A stretch of 64,000 nucleotides of DNA from Chloroflexota bacterium. GTDB taxonomy: Bacteria > Chloroflexota > Anaerolineae > Aggregatilineales > Phototrophicaceae. Position numbers and translations under genes: made by a program. The DNA lies in NCBI GenBank assembly GCA_013388735.1, contig JACAES010000062.1, positions 5,525 through 69,524 of the forward strand, read 5' to 3'. Of this stretch, positions 1 through 9,461 are shown piece by piece. Every line of letters begins with the position of its first letter. Positions within the stretch are counted from its first letter, which is position 1. The notes under the pieces were generated by a model that ran no database searches, had not been told where the DNA came from, and worked only from the letters and a program-made list of their open reading frames with translations.

Positions 1-1
1 G

Positions 2-781
2 GTGGCCGCCCGCGCGCGCGCGGCAGGGCTGAAGGTGGTTGACCTGTCCGCCGATCTGCGGCTGGATACGCCAGAAGCCTACCGCCGCTGGTACGGCCAC
101 CCGCACCCGAACCCCGAACTGCTGCCGACACCCTACGGCCTGCCGGAGATCAACCGGGAGCGGCTGCGCGGCCAATCGCTGATCGCCGCGCCCGGCTGTT
201 ACCCCACCACCACCCTGCTCGGCCTGTACCCACTGCTGAAGGCGCACGCCATCGCCGACGAGACGCCGATCATCGTGGACGCCAAATCCGGCGTTTCCGG
301 CGCCGGGCGCGAACCTAAACCGCACCTGCACTTCGTCGAAGTTTTTGGCAACCTGTCGCCCTACAGTCCGGGGCGGTCGCACCGGCACGTCGGCGAAATC
401 GAGCAGGAGATCGCCAAACTGAACGGCCGGGTCGGCCCGCTGATTTTCACGCCGCACCTGCTGCCGGTGGATCGCGGCCTGATGGCGAGCATTTATGTCA
501 CGCTCCAGCCGGACTTCGACAGCGCGAACGCCCAAAGCCTGTACGAAGAAATCTACGACGGCGAGCCGCTGGTGAAGGTGCTGCCGCCCGGCCAGCAGGC
601 CGCGCTCAAACACGTGGTTCGCACCAATCGCGCAGTCATCAGCCTGACGCCGGTCACGCCGCGCTACCTGCACATCACCAGCGTCACGGACAACCTGCGG
701 AAAGGCGCGTCCGGGCAGGCCGTCCAGTGTTTCAACCTGATGTTCGATCTGCCGGAAACGCTGGGGCTAACGCAGCCATGA
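2..781 (+). CDS. argC: N-acetyl-gamma-glutamyl-phosphate reductase (5' truncated by window edge)
   Basis: DLSADLRL, catalytic PGCYPTT, DAKSGVSGAGR and DNLRKGASGQAVQ motifs; first gene of the arg cluster. Confidence 0.95.
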   Translation: MAARARAAGLKVVDLSADLRLDTPEAYRRWYGHPHPNPELLPTPYGLPEINRERLRGQSLIAAPGCYPTTTLLGLYPLLKAHAIADETPIIVDAKSGVSGAGREPKPHLHFVEVFGNLSPYSPGRSHRHVGEIEQEIAKLNGRVGPLIFTPHLLPVDRGLMASIYVTLQPDFDSANAQSLYEEIYDGEPLVKVLPPGQQAALKHVVRTNRAVISLTPVTPRYLHITSVTDNLRKGASGQAVQCFNLMFDLPETLGLTQP

Positions 782-874
782 CCGGCCTGAGTCCAGAATT
801 AGATGCCGCAGCGTTCGACCTGCCGTCGGCGTCGGCGGCCACTGTATTGGTAACTTTATAGAGGAGCGGATAAT

Positions 875-1645
875 ATGGCGCAGCCTGTAGTCATTAAAAT
901 CGGCGGCAACGAAATTGACGACCCGGCTTTTTTGGCCGAACTGGCTCCGGCGGTGAAGGCGGTCGGCGCGCCGGTCGTGATCGTACACGGCGGCGGGCGC
1001 GAGATTTCCGCCATGCAGCAGACGATGGGCATCCAGCCACGCTACCTGGACGGCGTGCGTGTGACCGACGCGCCCTCATTGGCGGTGGTCGAAATGGTGC
1101 TGGGCGGCCTGGTCAACCAGCGCCTGGTGCGTTATCTGATTACCGGCGGCGTGGAGGCGATGGGGCTGCGCGGTCTTGACCGGGGGCTGGTGCGCGCCGA
1201 AAAAATGCCGCATCCGACCGAAGACATGGGCTTCACCGGGCGCGTGACCACCGTTCGCGGCGACGTGCTGCTTGACCTGCTGGCGCGCGGCATCACGCCG
1301 GTAATCGCGCCGGTCTGCCTGGGGGCGGAAAGCGCCCTCAACGTCAACGCCGACCATGTAGCCGGGGCGGTCGCGGCGGCGGTGGGGGCCAGCCGGGCGG
1401 TTTTTCTGACCAACGTCGAGGGCGTGCTGGTGAGCGACCAGCGCGTCGAAACGCTCACGCCGGAGCAGGCCGAAGACCTGATCGCCGGCGGCACGATCTT
1501 CGGCGGCATGATCCCGAAGGTGCGGACGGCGCTGCAAGCCCTGGAAGACGGCGTGCCGGAGACGGTGATTACCAACCTGGCCGGGCTGAAAAGCGGCAGC
1601 GGCACGGTCTTCGCGCATCGCTTCGCCAGCCGTTTGACGGCGTAA
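875..1645 (+). CDS. argB: acetylglutamate kinase
   Basis: VIKIGG, VHGGG, GVRVTD, NVNAD and GGMIPK motifs; AGAGGAG RBS upstream. Confidence 0.95.
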   Translation: MAQPVVIKIGGNEIDDPAFLAELAPAVKAVGAPVVIVHGGGREISAMQQTMGIQPRYLDGVRVTDAPSLAVVEMVLGGLVNQRLVRYLITGGVEAMGLRGLDRGLVRAEKMPHPTEDMGFTGRVTTVRGDVLLDLLARGITPVIAPVCLGAESALNVNADHVAGAVAAAVGASRAVFLTNVEGVLVSDQRVETLTPEQAEDLIAGGTIFGGMIPKVRTALQALEDGVPETVITNLAGLKSGSGTVFAHRFASRLTA

Positions 1646-1647
1646 AG

Positions 1648-1779
1648 CCCTTACCCCCGTCCCCTCTCCCGAACGCGCTACGCGCTGGGAGGGGGGAGAA
1701 ATACAGGCTTTTTGGTTTGGCATCCCCATCGCCCAATCCCGTAGGGACATGTGGAAGAGGGGGAATGAGCGGGTGAGGG
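1648..1779. repeat. pair of REP-like G/C-tract palindromic elements in inverted orientation
   Basis: CCCTTACCCCCGTCCCCTCTCCC..GGGAGGGGGGAG (1648-1698) and a degenerate reverse copy ending GAGGGGGAATGAGCGGGTGAGGG (1724-1779); similar to elements at 13921-14018, 27260-27309 and 37018-37054. Confidence 0.65.
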
Positions 1780-1862
1780 ACAGAGTTCGACAAGATAGCA
1801 CATACATTCTAGCCGCTTTTGCGTTACAATTGAGCCTTCGGGTTCCTGGGTAAGCGGAATGT

Positions 1863-2462
1863 ATGGGCGATATGACGGCAGATTCGCGTGAAAAGGCACT
1901 GGTCGAGGAACTGTACGCGCTCATCCGGTACGTGTACCGCAAAAAGCTGGCCGACGAAATCATCCAGGCATTCGAGGATGCCTTCGCCAGCCGGACGACG
2001 CCGGAAGAACGCATCGCCATCTGCGAGCAGTGGATTGATTTTTACCGGGCGCACCGCTACCGCAAGGCCATGCGGCGGCGGCGGCCTACCAGCCAGGAGC
2101 GGTTAACGCCCTGTTCGGCCTGCGGGTATCCGGTTTCGCACCGGCATCACCTGTGGGACGTGGCGACACACGGCGAAAACCGCGTCACGGTGCAGTTGTG
2201 CGCCAACTGCCACGAACTGCACCACCTGATGTACAACACCCTGGCGCGCGACTCCGAGCGCAGCCGCAAGCTGGTGCTGCACATCCTGGCATCATCGCGC
2301 CTGTCACCGCAGGCCGTCCGGCAAATCCTGGGCTGGTGCCGGGCGATCATGCAGTACGAGGTTAAAAACGGCTGGCTGGAGGCGCATAAAGTCTCCGACC
2401 GCTGGATAGAGGAAAAACTCCATTGGGCGGACTACCTGCGGCAGGCTGAGAGCCGCGTTTGA
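1863..2462 (+). CDS. HNH-motif / zinc-finger endonuclease-like protein
   Basis: CSAC..HRHH..GEN..LCANCHELHH matches a CxxC-HNH-CxxCH arrangement. Confidence 0.65.
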   Translation: MGDMTADSREKALVEELYALIRYVYRKKLADEIIQAFEDAFASRTTPEERIAICEQWIDFYRAHRYRKAMRRRRPTSQERLTPCSACGYPVSHRHHLWDVATHGENRVTVQLCANCHELHHLMYNTLARDSERSRKLVLHILASSRLSPQAVRQILGWCRAIMQYEVKNGWLEAHKVSDRWIEEKLHWADYLRQAESRV

Positions 2463-2483
2463 CTTTGACAAAAGGGGAACACG

Positions 2484-3686
2484 ATGGGCGAAATCCCGAA
2501 CAATCAGCAGATCATCGAGCAGGAACACCTGTACCTGGCGCAGACTTACAAACGCGCCCCATTTGCCCTCATGCACGGCGAAGGCGTGCGCCTGTTCGAC
2601 GCCGACGGCAAAACCTACCTGGACTGGGTGGCCGGCATCGCCGTCAACGCCCTGGGTTACGGCGACCCGGAACTGACGCAGGCCATCAAACAGGGCGTGA
2701 CCAGCGGCCTCATCCACGTCAGCAACCTGTACCACACCGCGCCGCAGGTCGAGCTGGCGCGGATGCTGGTCGAAAGTTCCTTCGCCGACCGGGTGTTTTT
2801 CACCAACAGCGGCACGGAAGCCAATGAAGGCGCGATTAAGTTCGCCCGCAAGGCAGCCTACGAAAAAGGCCGCCCGGACAAACACCAGATCGTCTGTTTC
2901 AGCGGCGCGTTTCATGGCCGGACGATGGGTTCGCTGGCGCTGACGCCGCGCGAAAAATACCAGCAGCCTTTCCAGCCGTTGATGCCCGGCGTGGTGCTGG
3001 CGGAGTTCAACGACCTGGACAGCGCCGCCGCCGCCATCGGCGACAGAACCGCCGCCGTCATCATCGAGCCGGTGCAGGGCGAGGGCGGCATCCACGTGGC
3101 GACCGATGAGTTTTTGCGCGGCCTGCGCGACCTGTGCGACCGGCACGACGCGCTGCTGATCTTCGACGAAATCCAGTGCGGCATGGGGCGCACCGGGACG
3201 CTGTGGGCCTACGAACACAGCGGCGTGTCGCCGGACGTTCTGACCGCCGCCAAACCGCTGGCGGGCGGCCTGCCCATCGGCGCGATTCTGATGACCGAGG
3301 CGGTCGCCGCCGCCATGCACCCCGGCGAACACGGCACGACCTTCGCCGGCGGCCCGCTGGTCACACGCGCCGCACAGGTGGTGCTTAAGCGCGTTAACCA
3401 ACCGGGCTTCCTGCAAAACGTGCGTGAGGTGGGCGCGTACCTGGTCGAGCGCCTGTCGGAAATCAACAGCCCGCTGGTGAAGGACGTGCGCGGGCGCGGC
3501 CTGATGGTTGGCCTGGAATTAACGATTGACGCCGCCGCTGTGATCGAAGCCGGTTACGAACACGGGCTGATCCTGGTCAACGCCGGGCCGAACGTCATCC
3601 GGTTCGTGCCGCCGCTGATCGTCGAGAAAAAACATGTGGACGAACTGGTAGACAAGCTGACCGCGATCCTGGCCGGGATGGTGTAA
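2484..3686 (+). CDS. argD: acetylornithine aminotransferase
   Basis: YLDWVAGIAVNALG, NSGTEANEGAIKFAR, FHGRT, EPVQGEGG, FDEIQCGMGRTG and AKPLAGG (PLP lysine) motifs. Confidence 0.95.
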   Translation: MGEIPNNQQIIEQEHLYLAQTYKRAPFALMHGEGVRLFDADGKTYLDWVAGIAVNALGYGDPELTQAIKQGVTSGLIHVSNLYHTAPQVELARMLVESSFADRVFFTNSGTEANEGAIKFARKAAYEKGRPDKHQIVCFSGAFHGRTMGSLALTPREKYQQPFQPLMPGVVLAEFNDLDSAAAAIGDRTAAVIIEPVQGEGGIHVATDEFLRGLRDLCDRHDALLIFDEIQCGMGRTGTLWAYEHSGVSPDVLTAAKPLAGGLPIGAILMTEAVAAAMHPGEHGTTFAGGPLVTRAAQVVLKRVNQPGFLQNVREVGAYLVERLSEINSPLVKDVRGRGLMVGLELTIDAAAVIEAGYEHGLILVNAGPNVIRFVPPLIVEKKHVDELVDKLTAILAGMV

Positions 3687-3729
3687 CCCGGACATGCAGA
3701 AGCGTATCTGATGACAAGGAGCAGCGGGG

Positions 3730-4953
3730 ATGGTGGACATCTTACCGACAATTGAGGCTGTGCCGGGTTTTAAGGTCGCGGGCGTACACTGCGGCCTCAA
3801 AAAAACCGGCGCGCTCGATTTCGCGCTGGTGGTCAGCGATGCCCCCTGTGCGGCAGCGGGCGTCTTCACCACCAACCGGGTGAAGGCCGCGCCGGTGCTG
3901 GTGGACATGGAACGGCTGAAGACCAATCCTGACCGCATCCGGGCGGTAGCGATTAATGCCGGCTGCGCCAACGCCTGCACCGGGCAGCAGGGGATTGATA
4001 ACGCCCGGCAAACGGCGCGCTGGGTGGCCGAATATATCGGCTGCGGCGAGGATGAAGTGCTGGTCATGTCTACGGGCGTCATCGGCACGCAGCTTCCGAT
4101 GGACAAAATCAGACGCGGCGTCGAACTGGCGGTGGACTCGCTGGACGAAAACCACTGGGAAGCCGCCGCGCGCGCCATCATGACCACCGACACGCGCCCC
4201 AAAATGGCCTCGGCGGCGCTGACGGCGGCTGATGGGCAGCCCTACCGGATGGCCGGAATCGCCAAAGGCGCGGGCATGATCGCGCCCAACATGGCGACTA
4301 TGCTGGGGCTGGTGGTCACAAACGCGCGTTTCCCCGGCCCGCTCCATCCACTGCTGCACGCCGCCGCCGAACAGTCCTTTAACCGGATCGTCGTGGACGG
4401 CGATATGAGTACCAACGATACGGTGCTGCTGCTGGCGAACGGCCAGTCCGGGGCGCGGGAAACGCCGGTCGGCCAGTACCCGGACGCGGTGCGGGCCGTC
4501 AGCCGCAAACTGGCACTGGACATCGTGCGCGACGGCGAAGGCGCGACCAAGTTCATCACCGTTCTCATCACCGGCGCGCCGGACGATGCGGCGGCGCGGC
4601 TGGTCGCCAATACCATCGCCACCTCGGCGCTGGTCAAAACGGCCTTCTTCGGCAGCGACGCCAACTGGGGACGCATCGTGGCGGCGGCGGGGCGCTCCGG
4701 CGTCCCGGTCAATCCCGATCAGATGCGGCTGTGGCTGTTCCCCGGCGAAACCACGACCGGGACGGAAGGCGGCCTGCTGCTGTTCGAGAACGCGATGCCA
4801 ACGGCCTACCGCGAAGAACAGGCCGCCGACATTATGCGTCTGCCGTCGGTCAGCATCCGGCTGGACTGCGGCGCGGGGAACGGCGCGGCGTTGGTGTGGA
4901 CGTGCGACCTGAGCGCCGAATATGTGGCGATCAACGCCGATTATCGTTCGTGA
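3730..4953 (+). CDS. argJ: bifunctional ornithine acetyltransferase / N-acetylglutamate synthase
   Basis: GVFTTN, NAGCANACTG, KGAGMIAPNMATML (autocleavage site), DGDMSTND and DGEGATK motifs. Confidence 0.95.
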   Translation: MVDILPTIEAVPGFKVAGVHCGLKKTGALDFALVVSDAPCAAAGVFTTNRVKAAPVLVDMERLKTNPDRIRAVAINAGCANACTGQQGIDNARQTARWVAEYIGCGEDEVLVMSTGVIGTQLPMDKIRRGVELAVDSLDENHWEAAARAIMTTDTRPKMASAALTAADGQPYRMAGIAKGAGMIAPNMATMLGLVVTNARFPGPLHPLLHAAAEQSFNRIVVDGDMSTNDTVLLLANGQSGARETPVGQYPDAVRAVSRKLALDIVRDGEGATKFITVLITGAPDDAAARLVANTIATSALVKTAFFGSDANWGRIVAAAGRSGVPVNPDQMRLWLFPGETTTGTEGGLLLFENAMPTAYREEQAADIMRLPSVSIRLDCGAGNGAALVWTCDLSAEYVAINADYRS

Positions 4954-5005
4954 TATTCGCGGGTGGGTTTCTAAACCCGCTCTCGCCTGTTTTAAGGGGT
5001 AAGTC

Positions 5006-6121
5006 ATGCAAGGTTGTCTGGCGCTGGAAGACGGCAGCGTGTACGCGGGTCTGGGCTTTGGCGCGGAAGGCGTGCAGACCGGCGAACTGGTTTTTAATAC
5101 CTCCATGACCGGCTACCAGGAAATCCTCACCGACCCGTCCTATCACAAGCAGATCGTCACCATGACCGTGCCGCACGTCGGCAATACCGGCATCAACCCG
5201 GAAGATGTGGAATCCGACCGGGTATGGGTAGCGGGTTTCGTCGTGCGGGCGCTCAGCCCGGTGGTGAGCAACTGGCGCACCCAGGGCGACCTGGACGCCT
5301 ATCTGAAAGCGCAGGGCGTCATCGGCCTCAGCGACGTGCCGACGCGGGCGCTGGTGCGGCATATCCGTAGCCGGGGGGTGATGCGGGCGGCCATCGCGCA
5401 TGGCGAAGCGGCGCAAGACCCGGCGGCGCTGGTCGAACAGGCGCGCCAGTCGCCGGATATGTCCGGCTGGAATCTGGTGGACGACGTGACCTGCGCCGAG
5501 CCATACAACTGGACGGAACGCAGCGACCCGCAGTGGTATCGCAGCCATCGCTACGACCCCGCCGGCCCGCTGGTGGTGGCCTACGATTTTGGCATCAAAC
5601 GAAATATTTTACGCATGATGACCGACCGGGGCCTGCGGGTGCGCGTCGTGCCGGCGCACACACCCGCCGCCGACGTGCTGGCGATGAACCCGGCAGGCGT
5701 GTTCCTCAGCAACGGCCCCGGTGACCCGGCAGCCGTGACCTATGCTATCCAGAACGTGCGCGACCTGCTGGGCAAAACGTCGGTGTTCGGCATCTGTTTG
5801 GGGCATCAAATCCTGGGGCTGGCGCTGGGCGGGCGCACCGAAAAAATGCGCTTCGGGCATCGCGGCGGCAACCAGCCGGTGAAAAATCTGCTCAGCGGCG
5901 TGGTGGAGATCAGCAGCCACAATCACGGCTTCGCCGTCACGCCGGACAGCGACCTGAGCGGCGCGGAAATCACCCACATCAACCTGAACGACAATACGGT
6001 GGAAGGGCTGCGGCATGTCGGGTTAGGCGCGTTCAGCGTGCAGTACCACCCGGAAGCCTCGCCCGGCCCGCACGATTCGCTCTACCTGTTCGACGAGTTC
6101 GTGAGCCGGGTGAAGGCGTAA
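5006..6121 (+). CDS. carA: carbamoyl-phosphate synthase small subunit
   Basis: [29 protein letters not shown] and [10 protein letters not shown] motifs. Confidence 0.95.
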   Translation: MQGCLALEDGSVYAGLGFGAEGVQTGELVFNTSMTGYQEILTDPSYHKQIVTMTVPHVGNTGINPEDVESDRVWVAGFVVRALSPVVSNWRTQGDLDAYLKAQGVIGLSDVPTRALVRHIRSRGVMRAAIAHGEAAQDPAALVEQARQSPDMSGWNLVDDVTCAEPYNWTERSDPQWYRSHRYDPAGPLVVAYDFGIKRNILRMMTDRGLRVRVVPAHTPAADVLAMNPAGVFLSNGPGDPAAVTYAIQNVRDLLGKTSVFGICLGHQILGLALGGRTEKMRFGHRGGNQPVKNLLSGVVEISSHNHGFAVTPDSDLSGAEITHINLNDNTVEGLRHVGLGAFSVQYHPEASPGPHDSLYLFDEFVSRVKA

Positions 6122-6168
6122 TGGATGTATACTGAAATCGCGGATGATGTGCAATGAGGAAATCCAGC

Positions 6169-6393
6169 ATGGCTTTTCAACGCATTACGATTGACCCTCA
6201 GCAGATGGACGGTCTGCCGTGTATTCGCGGCCTGCGTATTCCGGTGGCAGCGATTATAGATATGGTCGCGTCAGGGATGACGAATGAGGATATTCTGAGC
6301 GCCTATCCCGATTTGGAGCCGGATGATATTCGTGAGGCGCTGCAATTTGCGGCGGCGGCAGTGCGTGAGCGCCAGCTGCCGCTGGTGAGTTAA
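6169..6393 (+). CDS. DUF433 family antitoxin
   Basis: RITIDP..MDGLPCIRGLRIPV..I..YP.L...DI.EAL pattern; GAGGA RBS at 6156-6160 favours the 6169 start. Confidence 0.85.
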   Translation: MAFQRITIDPQQMDGLPCIRGLRIPVAAIIDMVASGMTNEDILSAYPDLEPDDIREALQFAAAAVRERQLPLVS

Positions 6394-6394
6394 A

Positions 6395-6769
6395 ATGAAA
6401 TTCCTGGTGGACAATGCTCTGTCGCCCCTGGTGGCTGAAGAACTGCGAAGCGCCGGCCACGATGCCATGCATGTCCGACAATACGAAATGCAGTCCGCGA
6501 CGGATGATCAGATTTTTGAACGCGCCGCCGAGGAAGACCGCATCATCATTTCAGCGGATACCGATTTTGGGCGCATTCTTACGCTGCGGAGCGCCGCTAA
6601 ACCGTCCGTGATCTTGCTACGCTGGCCGGCGCTTCGCCAACCACAAGCGCAAGCACGGATCATCCTGAATAACCTGCCGGGTGTTCATGATGACCTGCAA
6701 CAGGGTTGCGTGGTAGTAATCGAGCAGTCGCGCCTGCGCGTTCGCCCTCTGCCCATAAGGCCGGAATAG
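6395..6769 (+). CDS. DUF5615 / PIN-like toxin (VapC45-like)
   Basis: MKFLVDNALS, DDQIF and IISADTDFG PIN acidic motifs; starts 1 nt after the DUF433 stop. Confidence 0.85.
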   Translation: MKFLVDNALSPLVAEELRSAGHDAMHVRQYEMQSATDDQIFERAAEEDRIIISADTDFGRILTLRSAAKPSVILLRWPALRQPQAQARIILNNLPGVHDDLQQGCVVVIEQSRLRVRPLPIRPE

Positions 6770-6903
6770 ACCGATGCGTACCCGGCGGTTCAAACCCCCT
6801 TTTTGCCCACGCGCGCGAATTCACCGGCTCACGGCGGAACAGACGGCAAATAACGTATAATGAATTTACCGGTCAGGCGATATGGGGATGTTGAAGAAAC
6901 ACC

Positions 6904-7512
6904 ATGACGGCAAGGGAAACCACGCGGATAAACGATCTGCTGGCGGCGCGTCCGATCACAGAAGCGATTGCGGCGGAAGTGCTGGCAACGCCGGGTTACG
7001 AACACCTCGAAATCGTGAACGGCGAGTGGGTCGGCCTGGACAAAAACGAGGAAGAAATGACCACCGGCGAAGAACGCGGCTGGATTGAAGCGTTGTTGAT
7101 CGTTCTCATCGGCGGTTATGTTGTTAAACACAAACTGGGGCGCGTTTACCCCGGCGATGTAACTTTCGTCCTGGACGGCCAACCGGGGAACATTCGCCGC
7201 ATGTGCGAACCGGATGTCGCATTTGTCGCGCTGGAAAACGTCACGCCGACGCAGGGGTTTATCTTCCGCGCGCCTGATCTGGCGATAGAGATTATTTCGC
7301 CCCCGCAAACCTACTCGGCCATGACCGACAAAATTGACGATTATTTCCGTTCTGGCACGCAGCAGGTGTGGCTGGTGCTGCCGGACAAAAAACAGGTCGA
7401 AGTCCATTTCCCGGACAAAAAGCCGGAGAAATACCGCATCGGGCAGTCCATCCCCGGCGGCGATCTCCTGCCCGGCTTCACGCTGGAAGTCGCGCAAGTT
7501 TTTGAAGCCTGA
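6904..7512 (+). CDS. Uma2 family (PD-(D/E)xK) endonuclease
   Basis: EIVNGE, EPDVAFV, PDLAIEIISP, KIDDYF..G...VWLV and DLLPGF motifs. Confidence 0.88.
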   Translation: MTARETTRINDLLAARPITEAIAAEVLATPGYEHLEIVNGEWVGLDKNEEEMTTGEERGWIEALLIVLIGGYVVKHKLGRVYPGDVTFVLDGQPGNIRRMCEPDVAFVALENVTPTQGFIFRAPDLAIEIISPPQTYSAMTDKIDDYFRSGTQQVWLVLPDKKQVEVHFPDKKPEKYRIGQSIPGGDLLPGFTLEVAQVFEA

Positions 7513-7552
7513 ACGCAAACGGGGCGAACCGCCTGCGATCCGCCCCGCTCTG

Positions 7553-7601
7553 ACTCAGCACTCCCTACTCGGCACTCAGCACTCGAACTTCAGCACTTCC
7601 C
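7553..7601 (+). repeat. short tandem heptamer array (consensus ACTCAGC, 7 units)
   Basis: ACTCAGC ACTCCCT ACTCGGC ACTCAGC ACTCGAA CTTCAGC ACTTCCC between two convergent genes. Confidence 0.75.
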
Positions 7602-9461
7602 TTACGCCACATTCTCCTCAGCATGGTGGCCGTTGGCGCTGTGGCCGTTGGCGTGCGCACCGTTGGCGAAGGGGTCGTACTGCTGTTCCAGCGCCTGCCG
7701 GAACTGCGTCGTGTACAGGTTGTAGTAGTGACCCTTCTGGCGCATCAGTTCGGCGTGGCTGCCCATTTCGCTGATGCCGCCGTTTTCGATCACCAGGATA
7801 CGGTCGGCGCGACGAATGGTGGACAGCCGGTGTGCGATCACAAAACTGGTGCTGTTCTTCATCACGTTTTCCATGCCCTGCTGGATGAGCGCCTCGGTCA
7901 GCGTATCTACTGAACTGGTGGCCTCGTCCATGATGAAGATGTCCGGCTGCGCCAGGATGGCCCGCGCCAGGCTGATGAGCTGCTTTTGCCCAACCGAGAG
8001 CAGCACGCCGCCCTCGCCGACCGGCTCATCGTAGCCGCGTTCCAGCGCGGTGATGAACTCGTGCGCACCGGCCAGCCGCGCCGCTTCTTCGATCTCCGCG
8101 TCGGTGGCTTCCAGCCGCCCGTAGCGAATGTTCTCTCGAATCGTGCCGGAAAACAGGTGCGGCGTTTGCAGCACCACGCCCAACCGCGCATGAATGGCGT
8201 GCAGCGTGTATTCAGTGTAGTCGCGGCCATTGATGCGGATAACCCCGGCCTTCGGCTCGTAAAAGCGGCTGAGCAGATTGACGATGGTGCTTTTGCCGCC
8301 GCCGGTCGGGCCGACCAGCGCAATCGTCTCGCCGGCTTTCACCGTCAGATTGAAGTTCGTCAGCACCGGCTTTTCCGGCTGGTAGTAAAACGTCACGTTG
8401 TCGAATTCAATCGTGCCGCGCATGGTGTCCGCCTCGACCGCGCCGGCGCGGTTGACCACTTCCGGCTTCGAGTCCAGCAGCGAGAAAAACCGCTCGGCAG
8501 AAGCGACCGCCTGCTGCATCTCGGCATACACGCGCGCCATCTCCTGCACCGGCCACATCATGAAGGTGATGTAGGCGATGAACGCCTGAATGCCGCCGAC
8601 GGTGATGCCGCCGACCTGCGTTTCCAGGCCGCCGAACCAGACAATCGCGCCGACGGCGACCGCGCTGAGCAGCTGCACCACCGGCAGGAACAGCGCCGAC
8701 AGCCAGGCCGCGCGATAACCTGCGCGGTACATATCGCTGGTCAGGCCGTCGAACTCCTTCAGGTTGGCGGCTTCGCGGTTGAGCGCCTTCACCACCCGCA
8801 CGCCGGTGATGTTTTCGTTGTACGTGCCGGTGATCTTGGAGTTGAGCTTGCGCGCCTTTCGGTACTCGACCAGAATCTTGGTCTTAAACCACACCGCCAC
8901 CACCACCAGCACCGGGATGAGCAGCAGCACCACCAGCGTAAGCTGCCAGTGGATGGTCGCCATAAACACCAGCGCCATGACGATATTCGTCACCGACCAC
9001 ACGATGTCCAGCATGTTCCAGGTGATGAGGTCGGCCATACGTTCGGTATCGGAACTGACGCGCGACATAATCCAGCCGACCGGCGTGCGGTCGAAGTACG
9101 AAAACGACAGGTTTTGCAAGTGGTTAAAGACCTTCTTGCGCAGATCGTACATCACGCGTTGGCCCAGGATGCCGCACAGATAGATGAACGTGAACACCGC
9201 CGCTGCCTGCAAAAAGATCATGGCGGCATAAACGATCATCAGCCCCACCAGGCGGTCGCGGTCGGCGGCCAGGATGCCCTCGTCAATGATGAGTTTGTTC
9301 AGGTAGGTGAAGAAGGCGTCCAGGAACGACACCAGCGCCACCGCCACCACAAAGCCGGCCACCCACTTCCAATGGCGCCGCGCCTGCTGCAAGATGCGGA
9401 TCAGCGTCCCGCCGTTAAACTGCGACGAGAAATCTTCTTCTTCATAGTGGAAGTCCGACAC
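7602..9461 (-). CDS. ABC exporter subunit (TMD+NBD), partner of the upstream half
   Basis: Walker A GPTGGGKS, signature LSVGQKQ, MDEATSSVD and AHRLSTI; GTG start at 9461 with AGGAG RBS. Confidence 0.92.
   Translation of the reverse strand: MSDFHYEEEDFSSQFNGGTLIRILQQARRHWKWVAGFVVAVALVSFLDAFFTYLNKLIIDEGILAADRDRLVGLMIVYAAMIFLQAAAVFTFIYLCGILGQRVMYDLRKKVFNHLQNLSFSYFDRTPVGWIMSRVSSDTERMADLITWNMLDIVWSVTNIVMALVFMATIHWQLTLVVLLLIPVLVVVAVWFKTKILVEYRKARKLNSKITGTYNENITGVRVVKALNREAANLKEFDGLTSDMYRAGYRAAWLSALFLPVVQLLSAVAVGAIVWFGGLETQVGGITVGGIQAFIAYITFMMWPVQEMARVYAEMQQAVASAERFFSLLDSKPEVVNRAGAVEADTMRGTIEFDNVTFYYQPEKPVLTNFNLTVKAGETIALVGPTGGGKSTIVNLLSRFYEPKAGVIRINGRDYTEYTLHAIHARLGVVLQTPHLFSGTIRENIRYGRLEATDAEIEEAARLAGAHEFITALERGYDEPVGEGGVLLSVGQKQLISLARAILAQPDIFIMDEATSSVDTLTEALIQQGMENVMKNSTSFVIAHRLSTIRRADRILVIENGGISEMGSHAELMRQKGHYYNLYTTQFRQALEQQYDPFANGAHANGHSANGHHAEENVA

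Noticed and set aside
1797-1810. LexA-like box AGCAC-ATAC-ATTCT before the HNH gene
   Set aside because: It has two mismatches in the core GAAC-N4-GTTC, so it is too weak to call without a genome-trained matrix.
6169-7512. TA pair plus Uma2 nuclease as a defence island
   Set aside because: Both are common solitary genes. No mobility or other defence genes accompany them.
7622-7670. NG(A/H)(H/S)A triple repeat in the ABC exporter C-terminal tail
   Set aside because: It is a short low-complexity tail with no evidence of function.
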